A DNA stretch of 64,000 nt from an uncultured Pelagibacteraceae bacterium (GTDB taxonomy: Bacteria; Pseudomonadota; Alphaproteobacteria; Pelagibacterales; Pelagibacteraceae): positions 37,958 to 101,957 of the forward strand of contig CACFAF010000002.1 of NCBI GenBank assembly GCA_902564245.1. The letters run 5' to 3'. The notes beneath the pieces were generated by a model. That model ran no database searches, was not told the DNA's origin, and saw only the letters and a list, made by a program, of their open reading frames with translations. A program made the position numbers and the translations under genes. Of the stretch, positions 34,505 to 43,699 are shown one piece after another (position 1 is the stretch's first letter; each line of letters starts with the position of its first letter).

Positions 34505-34696
34505 ATGGCAAAAAAAACTCACGTTAAAGTAAGGTTAGTACCTGAAGCAAAACCTGATAGTCCTTTTTTCTATTATGTCAAAAAACCTGCAGGGGGTGAA
34601 AAAGCAAAAGTTAAATTAAAAGCAAAAAAATATAACCCTGCTACTAGAAAACACGAAATTTTTGTTGAAAAAAAATTACCACCTCATAGTAAATAA
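34505..34696 (+). CDS. rpmG: 50S ribosomal protein L33 (Cys-free type)
   Basis: MAKK...VRL...FYY...KL...KYNP..RKH..F.EKK. Confidence 0.88.
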   Translation: MAKKTHVKVRLVPEAKPDSPFFYYVKKPAGGEKAKVKLKAKKYNPATRKHEIFVEKKLPPHSK

Positions 34697-34697
34697 A

Positions 34698-34988
34698 TTA
34701 TTTTTTTTTAAAGTTTCTATTTTCGAAATCAATAAATGACCAAATCATATTAGACCAGATTCTTTTAGTTATTTTAGTATCTATTCTTTGTTTAATTGAT
34801 TTTTTTTTAATTTTTTTTAAGATTTCATTAATTCTTTTTTTGTCAATTATTTCTTTTTTATATTTTTTTAATTTTAAAACTTCACTTACTACAATAGATC
34901 TTTTTTTAATTAATTTTAAAAGATGATTATCTATTATATCTAACTTATTTCTTAATTTATTTAATTTTTTTTTATTTATAGGCGACAT
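34698..34988 (-). CDS. Chorismate mutase (AroQ type)
   Basis: LNKLRNKLDIID..LLKLIKKR...K...IDKKR. Confidence 0.85.
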   Translation of the reverse strand: MSPINKKKLNKLRNKLDIIDNHLLKLIKKRSIVVSEVLKLKKYKKEIIDKKRINEILKKIKKKSIKQRIDTKITKRIWSNMIWSFIDFENRNFKKK

Positions 34989-35031
34989 TTATACATTTGG
35001 ATTTAAATATAATTAATATATTTATTTAGAT

Positions 35032-36063
35032 ATGTACATAGATAATACACAATTGAAAAATCAAATTTCTACATGGCTTGGTTTAAATTTTTTAATTCTA
35101 TCAATAATGATCATTGTCGGAGGGCTCACGAGATTAACAGATTCGGGTTTATCTATTACTGAATGGGAATTATTTTCAGGATTTCTACCTCCTCTTAATG
35201 ATCATAAATGGCTTATGTATTTTGAGCTATATAAACAAATTCCAGAATTTAAATTACAAAATTACAATATGACTTTAGACGAGTTTAAGGTTATTTTTTG
35301 GTGGGAATGGTTTCATAGATTTCTAGGAAGATTAATTGGTTTATTTTTCTTTATACCTTTAATTTATTTTTCAATTAAAACAAGATTCCAAAATTTAGTC
35401 TCCTTATATATAATTTTTTTATTAATTTGTTTTCAAGGTTTTATTGGTTGGTACATGGTTTCTAGTGGTTTAGTTGATAGAGTTGATGTAAGTCATTTTA
35501 GATTATCTCTACATTTATTTGTTGCTTTTGTAATTCTTGGGATGGTTCTATGGAACTATCTTAAATTATCTAATATTAAATTAATCAACCAAAAATTAAA
35601 TTATCTACTCCCATTATTATTTTTATTTTCAGTATTTCTTCAGATAATATTAGGAGCATTTGTATCAGGAATGGATGCTGGAAAATTGTATAATTCATGG
35701 CCAATGATGGGAATGAGCTATTTTCCAGATGATAATAATTTTATCGATTTAATTTCTTTATCGGCTTTTAGCGATCCATCACTAGTTCAATTTATGCATA
35801 GAAATTTTGCATATTTTATTTTTATTTTTTATCTATTTATGTTGTACCAAGTTATTGTTAAAAAATTATTTCAATTTTATAGAATAATAAAAATTTTAGG
35901 ATTTGTACTAATAATCCAAATGTTATTAGGAATTTTTACTTTAATTTATGGTGCACAGATTTACATAGCATCTATGCACCAAATTAGTTCAATTTTCTTA
36001 GTTAGTGTAAGTATATATTTATTATTTATAAATATAAATTCTAACCAACAGCTTTCAAACTAG
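35032..36063 (+). CDS. ctaA: Heme A synthase (COX15/CtaA)
   Basis: GGLTRLTDSGLSITEW, WEWFHR, QGFIGWYMV, QFMHR. Confidence 0.95.
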   Translation: MYIDNTQLKNQISTWLGLNFLILSIMIIVGGLTRLTDSGLSITEWELFSGFLPPLNDHKWLMYFELYKQIPEFKLQNYNMTLDEFKVIFWWEWFHRFLGRLIGLFFFIPLIYFSIKTRFQNLVSLYIIFLLICFQGFIGWYMVSSGLVDRVDVSHFRLSLHLFVAFVILGMVLWNYLKLSNIKLINQKLNYLLPLLFLFSVFLQIILGAFVSGMDAGKLYNSWPMMGMSYFPDDNNFIDLISLSAFSDPSLVQFMHRNFAYFIFIFYLFMLYQVIVKKLFQFYRIIKILGFVLIIQMLLGIFTLIYGAQIYIASMHQISSIFLVSVSIYLLFININSNQQLSN

Positions 36064-37369
36064 GTTTCCCTGAAGCTGATAACGCCTGATCTAAATCAGC
36101 TATAATATCATCAGGGTGTTCAATTCCAATTGACAACCTTACATAACCAGGTGTTACACCTGCGGCTAATAATTCTTCAGGGGTTAGCTGACTATGTGTA
36201 GTTGTTGCAGGATGTATTGCTAAACTTCTAGCATCACCAATGTTTGCTACATGGTAAAACATTTTTAATGCTTCAATAAACTTTTTACCTGCTTCTACAC
36301 CACCTTTTACCTCAATACCTACTAAAGCACCGTTTCCACCTTTAAGATATTTTTTAGATCTAGCTGCTATTTCTCCTTGATGCAGAGTAGGGTAAATTAC
36401 TCTTTCAACACTTTTATGTTTTTTAAGAAAATCAACAACTTTTTCAGCATTAGAACAATGTTGTTTCATTCTTAATGGTGCTGTTTCTAGTCCTTGTATA
36501 ATTCCCCAAGCGTTATCAGGTGCTAATGGAGCCCCAAGGTCTCTTAATAAACAGACTCTTGCTCTGACAGCAAAAGCTACATTTGCTCCAGTTAGTTGTG
36601 GAACTACCTCACCCCAAACTGCTCCTCCATAACTTGCATCAGGTTCATTAAACATTGGTTGTCTTTTAGGATCAGCGGTCCAATCAAAATTTCCACCATC
36701 AACAAGGCAACCTCCAATTACTGTTCCATGACCACCTATGAATTTTGTTAATGAATGAACTACAACTGCTGCACCATGCTCAATCGGTTTACAAATAACC
36801 GGTGAGGCTGTGTTATCCATTATCAAAGGTATATTATGTTTTCTGCCTATGTCAGCTACCTCTTTAATTGGAAATACTCTCAAAAAAGGATTTGGTAGTG
36901 TTTCTGCATAGAAACATCTTGTATTTTCATCTACTAATTTTTCAAAGTTTTTTGGATCACTAGGATCTGCATATCTACATTCAATTCCAAGTTTTTTTAG
37001 AGTATGGGTAAATAAATTTACCGTTCCTCCATAAAGATCTGTTGAACTAATGAAATTATCTCCTGATTTACATACATTAAGTATAGCAAATGTTGATGCA
37101 GCTTGTCCTGATCCAACAGATACACAGGCTAAACCACCTTCTAAAGCAGCAACTCTTTTTTCTAAAACATCATTTGTTGGATTCATGATCCTAGTGTAGA
37201 TGTTTCCAAATTCTTTTAATGCAAATAAATTTGCAGCATTTTCTGTATCTTTAAATTGATAAGATGTTGTTCTATATAATGGTACTGCAACTGCAGTTGT
37301 AGCTGGATCACTACGATAATCACCACCATGTAAAGCAATAGTTTCTGGATTTTTAATATTTTTTGACAT
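36041..37369 (-). CDS. metY: O-acetylhomoserine aminocarboxypropyltransferase (sulfhydrylase)
   Basis: IYTRIMNPT, DNT, HSLTKFIGGHG, NIGDARSLAIHP, RLSIGIE; preceded by a SAM-V riboswitch. Confidence 0.94.
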   Translation of the reverse strand: MSKNIKNPETIALHGGDYRSDPATTAVAVPLYRTTSYQFKDTENAANLFALKEFGNIYTRIMNPTNDVLEKRVAALEGGLACVSVGSGQAASTFAILNVCKSGDNFISSTDLYGGTVNLFTHTLKKLGIECRYADPSDPKNFEKLVDENTRCFYAETLPNPFLRVFPIKEVADIGRKHNIPLIMDNTASPVICKPIEHGAAVVVHSLTKFIGGHGTVIGGCLVDGGNFDWTADPKRQPMFNEPDASYGGAVWGEVVPQLTGANVAFAVRARVCLLRDLGAPLAPDNAWGIIQGLETAPLRMKQHCSNAEKVVDFLKKHKSVERVIYPTLHQGEIAARSKKYLKGGNGALVGIEVKGGVEAGKKFIEALKMFYHVANIGDARSLAIHPATTTHSQLTPEELLAAGVTPGYVRLSIGIEHPDDIIADLDQALSASGKPSLKAVG

Positions 37370-37373
37370 TATA

Positions 37374-37429
37374 CCTCCCGTTTTTGTGCTTTAGATGAAT
37401 TCAAGGCGCACAATTAAATTAAATGCCTA
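37374..37429 (-). promoter_or_regulatory. SAM-V riboswitch (translational) upstream of metY
   Basis: RNA reads AGGCAUUUAAUUUAAUUGUGCGCCU...UAAAGCACAAAAACGGGAGG. P1 AGGC/GCCU and pseudoknot UUGUGC/GCACAA end at the GGGAGG SD. This matches the SAM-V architecture known from SAR11 metY. Confidence 0.85.
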
Positions 37430-37578
37430 TTACGAATAATATTTCGTTCATATAGTCTATTATAATCTTCAGCAGTCATGCAACACTTAAATAGAACGCT
37501 AAAAATGGTCCTTTTTGAATTAATTTAGAAAAGCTATTAATTGACTTTATAAATAATTAAAGTATTAATCCGTGCACA

Positions 37579-38037
37579 ATGACAAAATTCTTAAAAAAAG
37601 ACCAAATATCAAGCACTTGGTACGAAATAGATGCAAAAAATGCTGTAGTAGGCAGATTAGCTACAGTTGTTTCTAAAATTATAAGAGGTAAAAATAAATC
37701 AACTTATACACCGCATATGGACCATGGAGATTTTGTAGTTGTTAAAAATATTGAGTTTATAAAATTTACAGGAAATAAATTTCAAGAAAAAAAATATTTT
37801 AGACATACAGGACACCCTGGAGGTATTAAAGAAATAACTCCAGAAAAATTGTCTAAAAAGAAACCAGAAGAAACTTTAAAATTAGCAGTAAAGAGAATGC
37901 TTCCAGGCGGTGTTTTAGGTAGAAAACAATTAACAAAGTTAAAGATTTATTCTGGAGAAAATCATCCTCATTCAGCTCAAAATCCAAAAATTATTGACCT
38001 AAAAAAATTAAATAAAAAAAATTTAGTTAAAAATTAA
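37579..38037 (+). CDS. rplM: 50S ribosomal protein L13
   Basis: WYEIDA...GRLA, RGKNK..YTPHMDHGD, HTGHPGG, HPHSAQ. Confidence 0.98.
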   Translation: MTKFLKKDQISSTWYEIDAKNAVVGRLATVVSKIIRGKNKSTYTPHMDHGDFVVVKNIEFIKFTGNKFQEKKYFRHTGHPGGIKEITPEKLSKKKPEETLKLAVKRMLPGGVLGRKQLTKLKIYSGENHPHSAQNPKIIDLKKLNKKNLVKN

Positions 38038-38038
38038 T

Positions 38039-38473
38039 ATGGAAAATATAGAAAAAGCAAAACCTGTAAAAATAAAGTTAGATTTTAAAGATAGTAAATA
38101 CGCTACTGGAAGAAGAAAAACTTCAATTGCAAAAGTTTGGTTAAAAAAAGGAACTGGTAAAATTTATGTAAATGGAAAAGATTACAACAATTATTTTTCT
38201 AGTGAAAACCACAAAATGCAAATTGTACGCCCATTTGAAATTATTAATCAAACAACTAATTATGATGTAAAATGTAATGTAAAGGGTGGTGGGCATACAG
38301 GTCAAGCAGGAGCATTGGTACATGGAATATCTAAAGCTTTAGTCATGTTTGATACAGAACTAAAATCAACTCTAAGAAAAGAAAAATTGACCACTAGGGA
38401 TTCTAGAGCAGTTGAAAGAAAGAAACCTGGTCGTAAAAAAGCAAGAAGAAGCTTTCAATTTTCTAAAAGATAA
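38039..38473 (+). CDS. rpsI: 30S ribosomal protein S9
   Basis: TGRRKTS, GGGHTGQAGA, ERKKPG..KAR..FQFSKR. Confidence 0.98.
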   Translation: MENIEKAKPVKIKLDFKDSKYATGRRKTSIAKVWLKKGTGKIYVNGKDYNNYFSSENHKMQIVRPFEIINQTTNYDVKCNVKGGGHTGQAGALVHGISKALVMFDTELKSTLRKEKLTTRDSRAVERKKPGRKKARRSFQFSKR

Positions 38474-38506
38474 TTTTTTTTTAAATAATAACTGTTATAA
38501 TATTAA

Positions 38507-39529
38507 ATGCCTAAGCTTAAAGTATTAGTCGCTGGATCCACTGGATATATCGGAGTACAATTGGTTAAATTACTCTCAAAACATCCTAATGTTTTTATCA
38601 AGTATCTTTGTGGCAAATCATCAATAGGTAAAAAAATTTATCATTACGATAATCTTTTAAAATCCTCAAAGTTACCAACTATTAAAAGATTTAATAAATC
38701 ATTTTTAAAAGATGTTGATTTAGTTTTTACAGCTCTACCAAATGGTGAGGCACAACAAATATCTAAATATTTGTTAAAAAAAAATGTTTTAATAGATTTG
38801 GCTGCAGATTTTAGACTGACTAATTCAAAATCATATTTCAAATATTATAAAAAAAAACATAAAGCAATTTTAAATATAAAAAAAAGTATATATTCATTAC
38901 CAGAGTTATTAGAATCTAATCTTAAAGATTATCAAATAATTGCATGTCCTGGCTGTTATCCAACTTCAATTTTATTACCCTTGATACCTTTAGTTAAAAA
39001 AGATTTAATTGATTTAAAAAATATTATTATTGACTCAAAATCAGGTTACTCAGGTGCTGGCAGAAGTATACATAAAAAATTTAAAAATAATAATTTATAT
39101 GAATCACTAAGTGTTTATGGAGTTAAATCTCACAGACATAATTCTGAAATTGAACAAGAATTATCAAATATAACTAATAAAAAATTTTATTTTTCTTTTA
39201 CTCCTCACTTAACTCCAATGTTTAGAGGTATATTAAGTACAATTTATATTGATACAAAAAAGAATATATCAATTGATAAGTTGTTAAATGAATTAAAAAA
39301 AAAATATAAGAATAAAAAATTTGTAAAGATTCTGAAAAAAAATAAACTAATAAGTACTAACGATGTGATTAATACAAATAATTGTTATATATCAATCTGT
39401 GAAACTAAATATAAAAATAAATATATAATTTTATCTGCTATAGACAATTTAATTAAAGGTGGAGCAGGTCAAGCAGTTCAGAATATGAATATTAAATATG
39501 ATTTTTTTGAAAATAAAGGTTTAAAATGA
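38507..39529 (+). CDS. argC: N-acetyl-gamma-glutamyl-phosphate reductase
   Basis: GSTGYIG, DLAADFR, PGCYPT, SGYSGAG, IDNLIKGGAGQAVQNMN. Confidence 0.97.
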   Translation: MPKLKVLVAGSTGYIGVQLVKLLSKHPNVFIKYLCGKSSIGKKIYHYDNLLKSSKLPTIKRFNKSFLKDVDLVFTALPNGEAQQISKYLLKKNVLIDLAADFRLTNSKSYFKYYKKKHKAILNIKKSIYSLPELLESNLKDYQIIACPGCYPTSILLPLIPLVKKDLIDLKNIIIDSKSGYSGAGRSIHKKFKNNNLYESLSVYGVKSHRHNSEIEQELSNITNKKFYFSFTPHLTPMFRGILSTIYIDTKKNISIDKLLNELKKKYKNKKFVKILKKNKLISTNDVINTNNCYISICETKYKNKYIILSAIDNLIKGGAGQAVQNMNIKYDFFENKGLK

Positions 39530-39693
39530 AAAAATATTTTTTTTTATTTTTTTTAACTGCTTGTGCTATACCTCAAAAAAAGGATAATAAGGATTTTCAA
39601 GTATTAAATTTTGATAAGGATTTTACTTTTAATGAATACAGATCTTACCTTGAAGAATATAATTTACAAAGTGATTATCCAAATTTAGATTGA
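39526..39693 (+). CDS. Small putative lipoprotein (55 aa), not in ORF track
   Basis: Hand translation MKKYFFLFFLTACAIPQKKDNKDFQVLNFDKDFTFNEYRSYLEEYNLQSDYPNLD. LTAC lipobox; ATGA overlap with the argC stop; fills the argC-hom gap. Confidence 0.75.
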   Translation: MKKYFFLFFLTACAIPQKKDNKDFQVLNFDKDFTFNEYRSYLEEYNLQSDYPNLD

Positions 39694-39700
39694 TAATTTT

Positions 39701-40990
39701 ATGAAACAAAAAGTAAATATAGCCATTGTAGGACTCGGACAGATCGGAAACTATTTATTTAATGAGTTGAGATTAAAAAAAAAAGATATTGAAATTAAAA
39801 CTGGAAAAAAAATAAATATTGCCGCTTTATCAGCAAAAAATATCAATAAAAAAAGGAAATTCAAAATTAATAAGGCAATTTTTTTTAAAAACCCTTTAGA
39901 AATTATTAAAAAAAAAAATATTGATGTTCTATTTGAAGTTATTGGTCAATCAGATGGAATGTCAAAAAAAATTGTCGAATTAGCTCTTAAAAATAAAATT
40001 CATGTCATCACACCAAATAAAGCTCTAATTGCAAAACACGGTGATTATTTATCAAACATAGCAGAAAGAAATAAAGTAAATCTTGAATTTGAAGCTTCTG
40101 TAGCTGGCGGTATACCAATTTTAAGAACTATAAAAGAAGGTGTTGCCACAAACAAAATTAATAAAGTTTATGGAATTTTAAATGGAACTTGTAATTATAT
40201 TTTATCTGAAATGGAAAATTCAAAAGATTCATTTAAAAATGTTTTAAAAAAAGCACAAAAACTTGGATATGCTGAACCAGGTAATCCTAAACTTGATTTA
40301 AATGGTTATGATGCTTTAGCAAAAATTAAGATTTTATCATCTTTATCTTTTAATAAAAGCATATCTAAAAAAAAATGCCTGATGGAAGGAATTGAGAATA
40401 TTGAATTTAAGGACATTGAGATCGCTAACCAACTTAATTTTAGAATTAAATTATTGGGTATAACGGATTTGGTTAATAATAAACTGTTTGAAAGAGTACA
40501 TCCATGTTTAGTGAAAAAAGACTCTTATATAGCTAACGTTTCTGGTGTTATGAATGCAGTAATTTTACATGGTAATCCCATTGGTGAAAGTGTTCTACAA
40601 GGGGAGGGTGCTGGTCCTGGTCCGACTTCTTCAGCTCTTATGTCTGATTTATTGTCAATACTAAGAGGTAACATTAAATTTCCGTTTGGTATTTCTGGAA
40701 AAAAACGTAAATCTATTTTATCATATGATTTAAGGAAATATTCAAATTCACTATATCTTAGATTTGAGGTAAATGATAAACCAGGGGTTCTATCTCAAAT
40801 TACTCGTTCTTTAGCCATATGCAATATTTCCATTGAAAGACTTATTCAAATTCCTGATCATAAAAACAAGAAAGCTTCTATAATAATTATTACTCATAGA
40901 ACTAATGAATTAAATGCTAATAAATGCCTAAAATCGCTTAAAATTAATAGAAATATATTAAAAATACCCACAAGAATAAGACTTTTCTAA
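39701..40990 (+). CDS. hom: Homoserine dehydrogenase with C-terminal ACT domain
   Basis: GLGQIG, NKALIA, FEASVAGGIP, GILNGTCNYIL, GAGPGPTSSA, DKPGVL. Confidence 0.97.
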   Translation: MKQKVNIAIVGLGQIGNYLFNELRLKKKDIEIKTGKKINIAALSAKNINKKRKFKINKAIFFKNPLEIIKKKNIDVLFEVIGQSDGMSKKIVELALKNKIHVITPNKALIAKHGDYLSNIAERNKVNLEFEASVAGGIPILRTIKEGVATNKINKVYGILNGTCNYILSEMENSKDSFKNVLKKAQKLGYAEPGNPKLDLNGYDALAKIKILSSLSFNKSISKKKCLMEGIENIEFKDIEIANQLNFRIKLLGITDLVNNKLFERVHPCLVKKDSYIANVSGVMNAVILHGNPIGESVLQGEGAGPGPTSSALMSDLLSILRGNIKFPFGISGKKRKSILSYDLRKYSNSLYLRFEVNDKPGVLSQITRSLAICNISIERLIQIPDHKNKKASIIIITHRTNELNANKCLKSLKINRNILKIPTRIRLF

Positions 40991-40991
40991 G

Positions 40992-41894
40992 ATGGAAATT
41001 TATATCAAGTTATTCGAGGTATTATTTCCAGTTTTTTTTGTAATAGGCATTGGTTATTATTTAGGGAAAAAAGATAAAAAATTCGATACATCATTTATTA
41101 CCAGTTTTGCAGCTAATGTTGGTTCTCCTGCAATGATAATTTATGCATTAAATGTGAAAAATGTTTCATTTGAAGTATTTTTAGATTATTTTATTTATTA
41201 CTTAATCGCTATTATTGCCTTTGCATTAGTAGGTGTAATTTTTTTATTTTTACTAAAATCAAAAGATATTATTAGAGAACTGCCTCCATTTATGATGCCA
41301 AACACTGGAAATATGGGCTTTCCAATTTGTTTATTTGCATATGGATATGAAGGATTGGGAGTAGCAGCGGCTATTACAGCGTTAATCATATTATTTCATT
41401 TTACTGTTGGAGTATTTTTAGCTGATAGAAAGATAAGTTTTAACGTAATTTTGAAAAGTCCAGCTTTTTATACAATTATTTTTTCAGTTATTCTTTTATA
41501 TTATCGCATCGAACTTCCAATATTTATTGAGAATACATCTTTTTTATTAATGTATGCAACAATTTTTTTAATTTTAATGTCACTTGGTATTGCACTTACA
41601 AGGTTAAGAGTTTTTTCATTTAAAAAATCTTTAATATCATCTTTAGCTAGAGTTATAATAGGACCTTTAATAGGTTTTTATATTATCTATTATTTTAATT
41701 TGTCAGGTTTTGCGGCAGGTGTTTTATTAATTCAGTGTTCAATGCCCAGTGCAATATTAAACTTTCTTGTTGGTTCATTATACTCTCCAAAAAAAACTGT
41801 AGATGATGTTGCAAGTATGATTTTTGTATCAACAGTTTTATCTTTTTTTACTATTCCCATTGTTGTATTTATTGCTCTTAAATATTTTGCTTAA
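40992..41894 (+). CDS. AEC (auxin efflux carrier) family transporter
   Basis: PNTGNMGFP, QCSMPSA, STVLS; multiple TM segments. Confidence 0.88.
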   Translation: MEIYIKLFEVLFPVFFVIGIGYYLGKKDKKFDTSFITSFAANVGSPAMIIYALNVKNVSFEVFLDYFIYYLIAIIAFALVGVIFLFLLKSKDIIRELPPFMMPNTGNMGFPICLFAYGYEGLGVAAAITALIILFHFTVGVFLADRKISFNVILKSPAFYTIIFSVILLYYRIELPIFIENTSFLLMYATIFLILMSLGIALTRLRVFSFKKSLISSLARVIIGPLIGFYIIYYFNLSGFAAGVLLIQCSMPSAILNFLVGSLYSPKKTVDDVASMIFVSTVLSFFTIPIVVFIALKYFA

Positions 41895-42733
41895 TGAGAG
41901 CCATAATTCTTAATTTGTCAGCATGGGCAGTTCTACCTTTTATGGACACTATTGCAAAATATTTATCTACTGAATTATCTTTTTTTCAAATCACTTGGGC
42001 TAGATATTTTTTTACTGTTTTTTGGACTCTTCCTTTTATGTTTATTTTTTTTAGAAAAAAATTAACTTGGTCTGAAAATCCTAGATTACAAATATTAAGA
42101 GGAATAACTCTTTTACTTGCTAATTTTTGTTTTTTTTATTCAATTTCAATTATATCTATGGCTAAAGCTTTAACACTTGCATTTATAGCTCCTTTAGTAA
42201 CTACAGCACTGTCTCCAATTTTATTAGATGAAAAAGTTGGCATAAGAAGGTGGATAGCTGTTATAATAGGATTTTTAGGAAGTTTAGTTGTTATAAGACC
42301 TGGTTTTATTGAATTTAATTTAGCAACCTTAGCAGCTTTAGGTACTGGTTTCCTTTACGGCATTTACTTAATAATTACTAGAAAACTTCACACAACAGAC
42401 AATCCTTTGTTAACTCTTTTGTTAACCGGTATAGTAGGGGTAACAATATCATCTTTTTTTGTACCTATCTTTTGGACAAATCCAACAAATATACAGTGGT
42501 TGTGGCTTTCTTTAATGGGTGTATTCGCATGTTTAGGTCATATATTGTTAATTTACTCATTAAAATATGCTGATGCCTCTAAATTGGCTCCATTTGGTTA
42601 TTTTGAAATTATAATGAACATAATTTTAGGATATTTTGTGTTTAAGGACTTTCCTGATATGTGGACTTTTTTAGGTTTATTTATAATTATCTCCTCAGGC
42701 ATATATATTTTTAGAAGACAAAATAAATTTTAA
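41894..42733 (+). CDS. DMT/EamA family transporter
   Basis: MDTIAKYL, QITWARY, LDEKVGIRRW, IRPG, ASKLAPFGY. Confidence 0.9.
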   Translation: MRAIILNLSAWAVLPFMDTIAKYLSTELSFFQITWARYFFTVFWTLPFMFIFFRKKLTWSENPRLQILRGITLLLANFCFFYSISIISMAKALTLAFIAPLVTTALSPILLDEKVGIRRWIAVIIGFLGSLVVIRPGFIEFNLATLAALGTGFLYGIYLIITRKLHTTDNPLLTLLLTGIVGVTISSFFVPIFWTNPTNIQWLWLSLMGVFACLGHILLIYSLKYADASKLAPFGYFEIIMNIILGYFVFKDFPDMWTFLGLFIIISSGIYIFRRQNKF

Positions 42734-42843
42734 CTAATATTTAAGTAAATAATGATTACCTATTAACTAATATTTTACTTTAAGTATATACTTTATACTA
42801 CTGAAATTATTAATTAAATATTAGTTATTAAAGTAAAATATTA
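42730..42843. repeat. Nested direct and inverted repeats at the start of a long AT-rich spacer
   Basis: TTAACTAATATTT at 42730-42742 and 42763-42775, with an inverted 12-bp copy at 42816-42827. Perfect 16-bp IR TAATATTTTACTTTAA (42768-42783) / TTAAAGTAAAATATTA (42828-42843). Confidence 0.65.
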
Positions 42844-43186
42844 TATAAAATAAAATAGTGATATTTTAGAAAAATAATACAAAAATTTTAATAAAAATAA
42901 GGTTTTTAAGTATTAGAGAACAATAATAAGAGTTTTATTTATTTATAAGAATTCAATAAATTAAAAAATAACGAAAAATAAAGGAAAAAAGGGGATATTT
43001 TTGAGTTAAAATAAGCTTAGTTAATCCTAGTTTTTTAAGCATTGCACATCATGAATATAGCTATTAATCGAACATAGAGGGGTCTTATTTTGAAATGTAA
43101 GCAAATAGAGTACAACTGAAGGGGGAAAATAAAAAAAACATAAAAAGAAAATATTTATACTAAAAAAAGGTTGGTATTAAAGGATT

Positions 43187-43456
43187 CTAGAGCAAAAAAC
43201 CCTCCTTTTTTAACAGTTTTTTCTTGGCTTTAATTCCTCCTGGAGCTGAAAATCCACCTAAGGATCCATCAGAGCTGATAACTCTATGACAGGGGACTTT
43301 TGGAGCATACGGGTTTTTACCACAAGCATTAGCAACTGCACGAGCTGCTTTTGGCTTATTTATTCCAATTGCTACCTCTTTATACGTCTTAACTTTGCCC
43401 TTTGGTATTTTCATGAGATATTTCCAAACTTTTATTTGAAACCTAGTTCCTTTCAT
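43187..43456 (-). CDS. Minimal methylated-DNA--protein-cysteine methyltransferase (MGMT C-terminal domain only)
   Basis: FQIKVW, IPKGKVKTY, ARAVANA, active-site PCHRV, GGF. Confidence 0.92.
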   Translation of the reverse strand: MKGTRFQIKVWKYLMKIPKGKVKTYKEVAIGINKPKAARAVANACGKNPYAPKVPCHRVISSDGSLGGFSAPGGIKAKKKLLKKEGFLL

Positions 43457-43460
43457 GGAT

Positions 43461-43637
43461 TTAACGGAAAAAAACTAAAATAAAATAGCTAATTATGAAT
43501 AAAATAGCCATAAATGTTAAAAAAATAGTTTCTAAACTTTTACCTGTTTTTTTATATTGAATAAAACTCAGTATTGTAAAGCCAAATGATGTTATTAAGA
43601 ACCATATAGCTGGAATTTCCCCATCAATTGAACTCAT
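43461..43637 (-). CDS. Small two-TM membrane protein (58 aa), not in ORF track
   Basis: MSSIDGEIPAIWFLITSFGFTILSFIQYKKTGKSLETIFLTFMAILFIISYFILVFFR; stop 4 nt before the MGMT start. Confidence 0.65.
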   Translation of the reverse strand: MSSIDGEIPAIWFLITSFGFTILSFIQYKKTGKSLETIFLTFMAILFIISYFILVFFR

Positions 43638-43655
43638 AAATCTACCATTTCAATG

Positions 43656-43699
43656 AAAAAAACCCTGTTTCCTTGCACTTTTTACGGTGCAAAGAACAG
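43656..43699 (-). terminator. Intrinsic terminator-like hairpin ending the ncRNA
   Basis: CUGUUCUUUGCAC-CGUAAAAA-GUGCAAGGAAACAG followed by GG-UUUUUUU. Confidence 0.6.

Noticed and set aside
40601-40608. KOPS-like GGGGAGGG pointing toward the candidate site
   Set aside because: A single occurrence inside hom coding sequence. The orientation fits, but one copy is not evidence without genome-wide counts.
42730-42744. TTAA-N7-TTAA CtrA-like box
   Set aside because: Easily arises by chance at this AT content. It lies at a gene 3' end, and CtrA is, to my knowledge, absent from Pelagibacter.
42734-43186. AT-rich spacer as oriC
   Set aside because: No TTATCCACA-type DnaA boxes seen, no hemE/gidA/parAB/dnaA nearby, and flanking genes converge rather than diverge.
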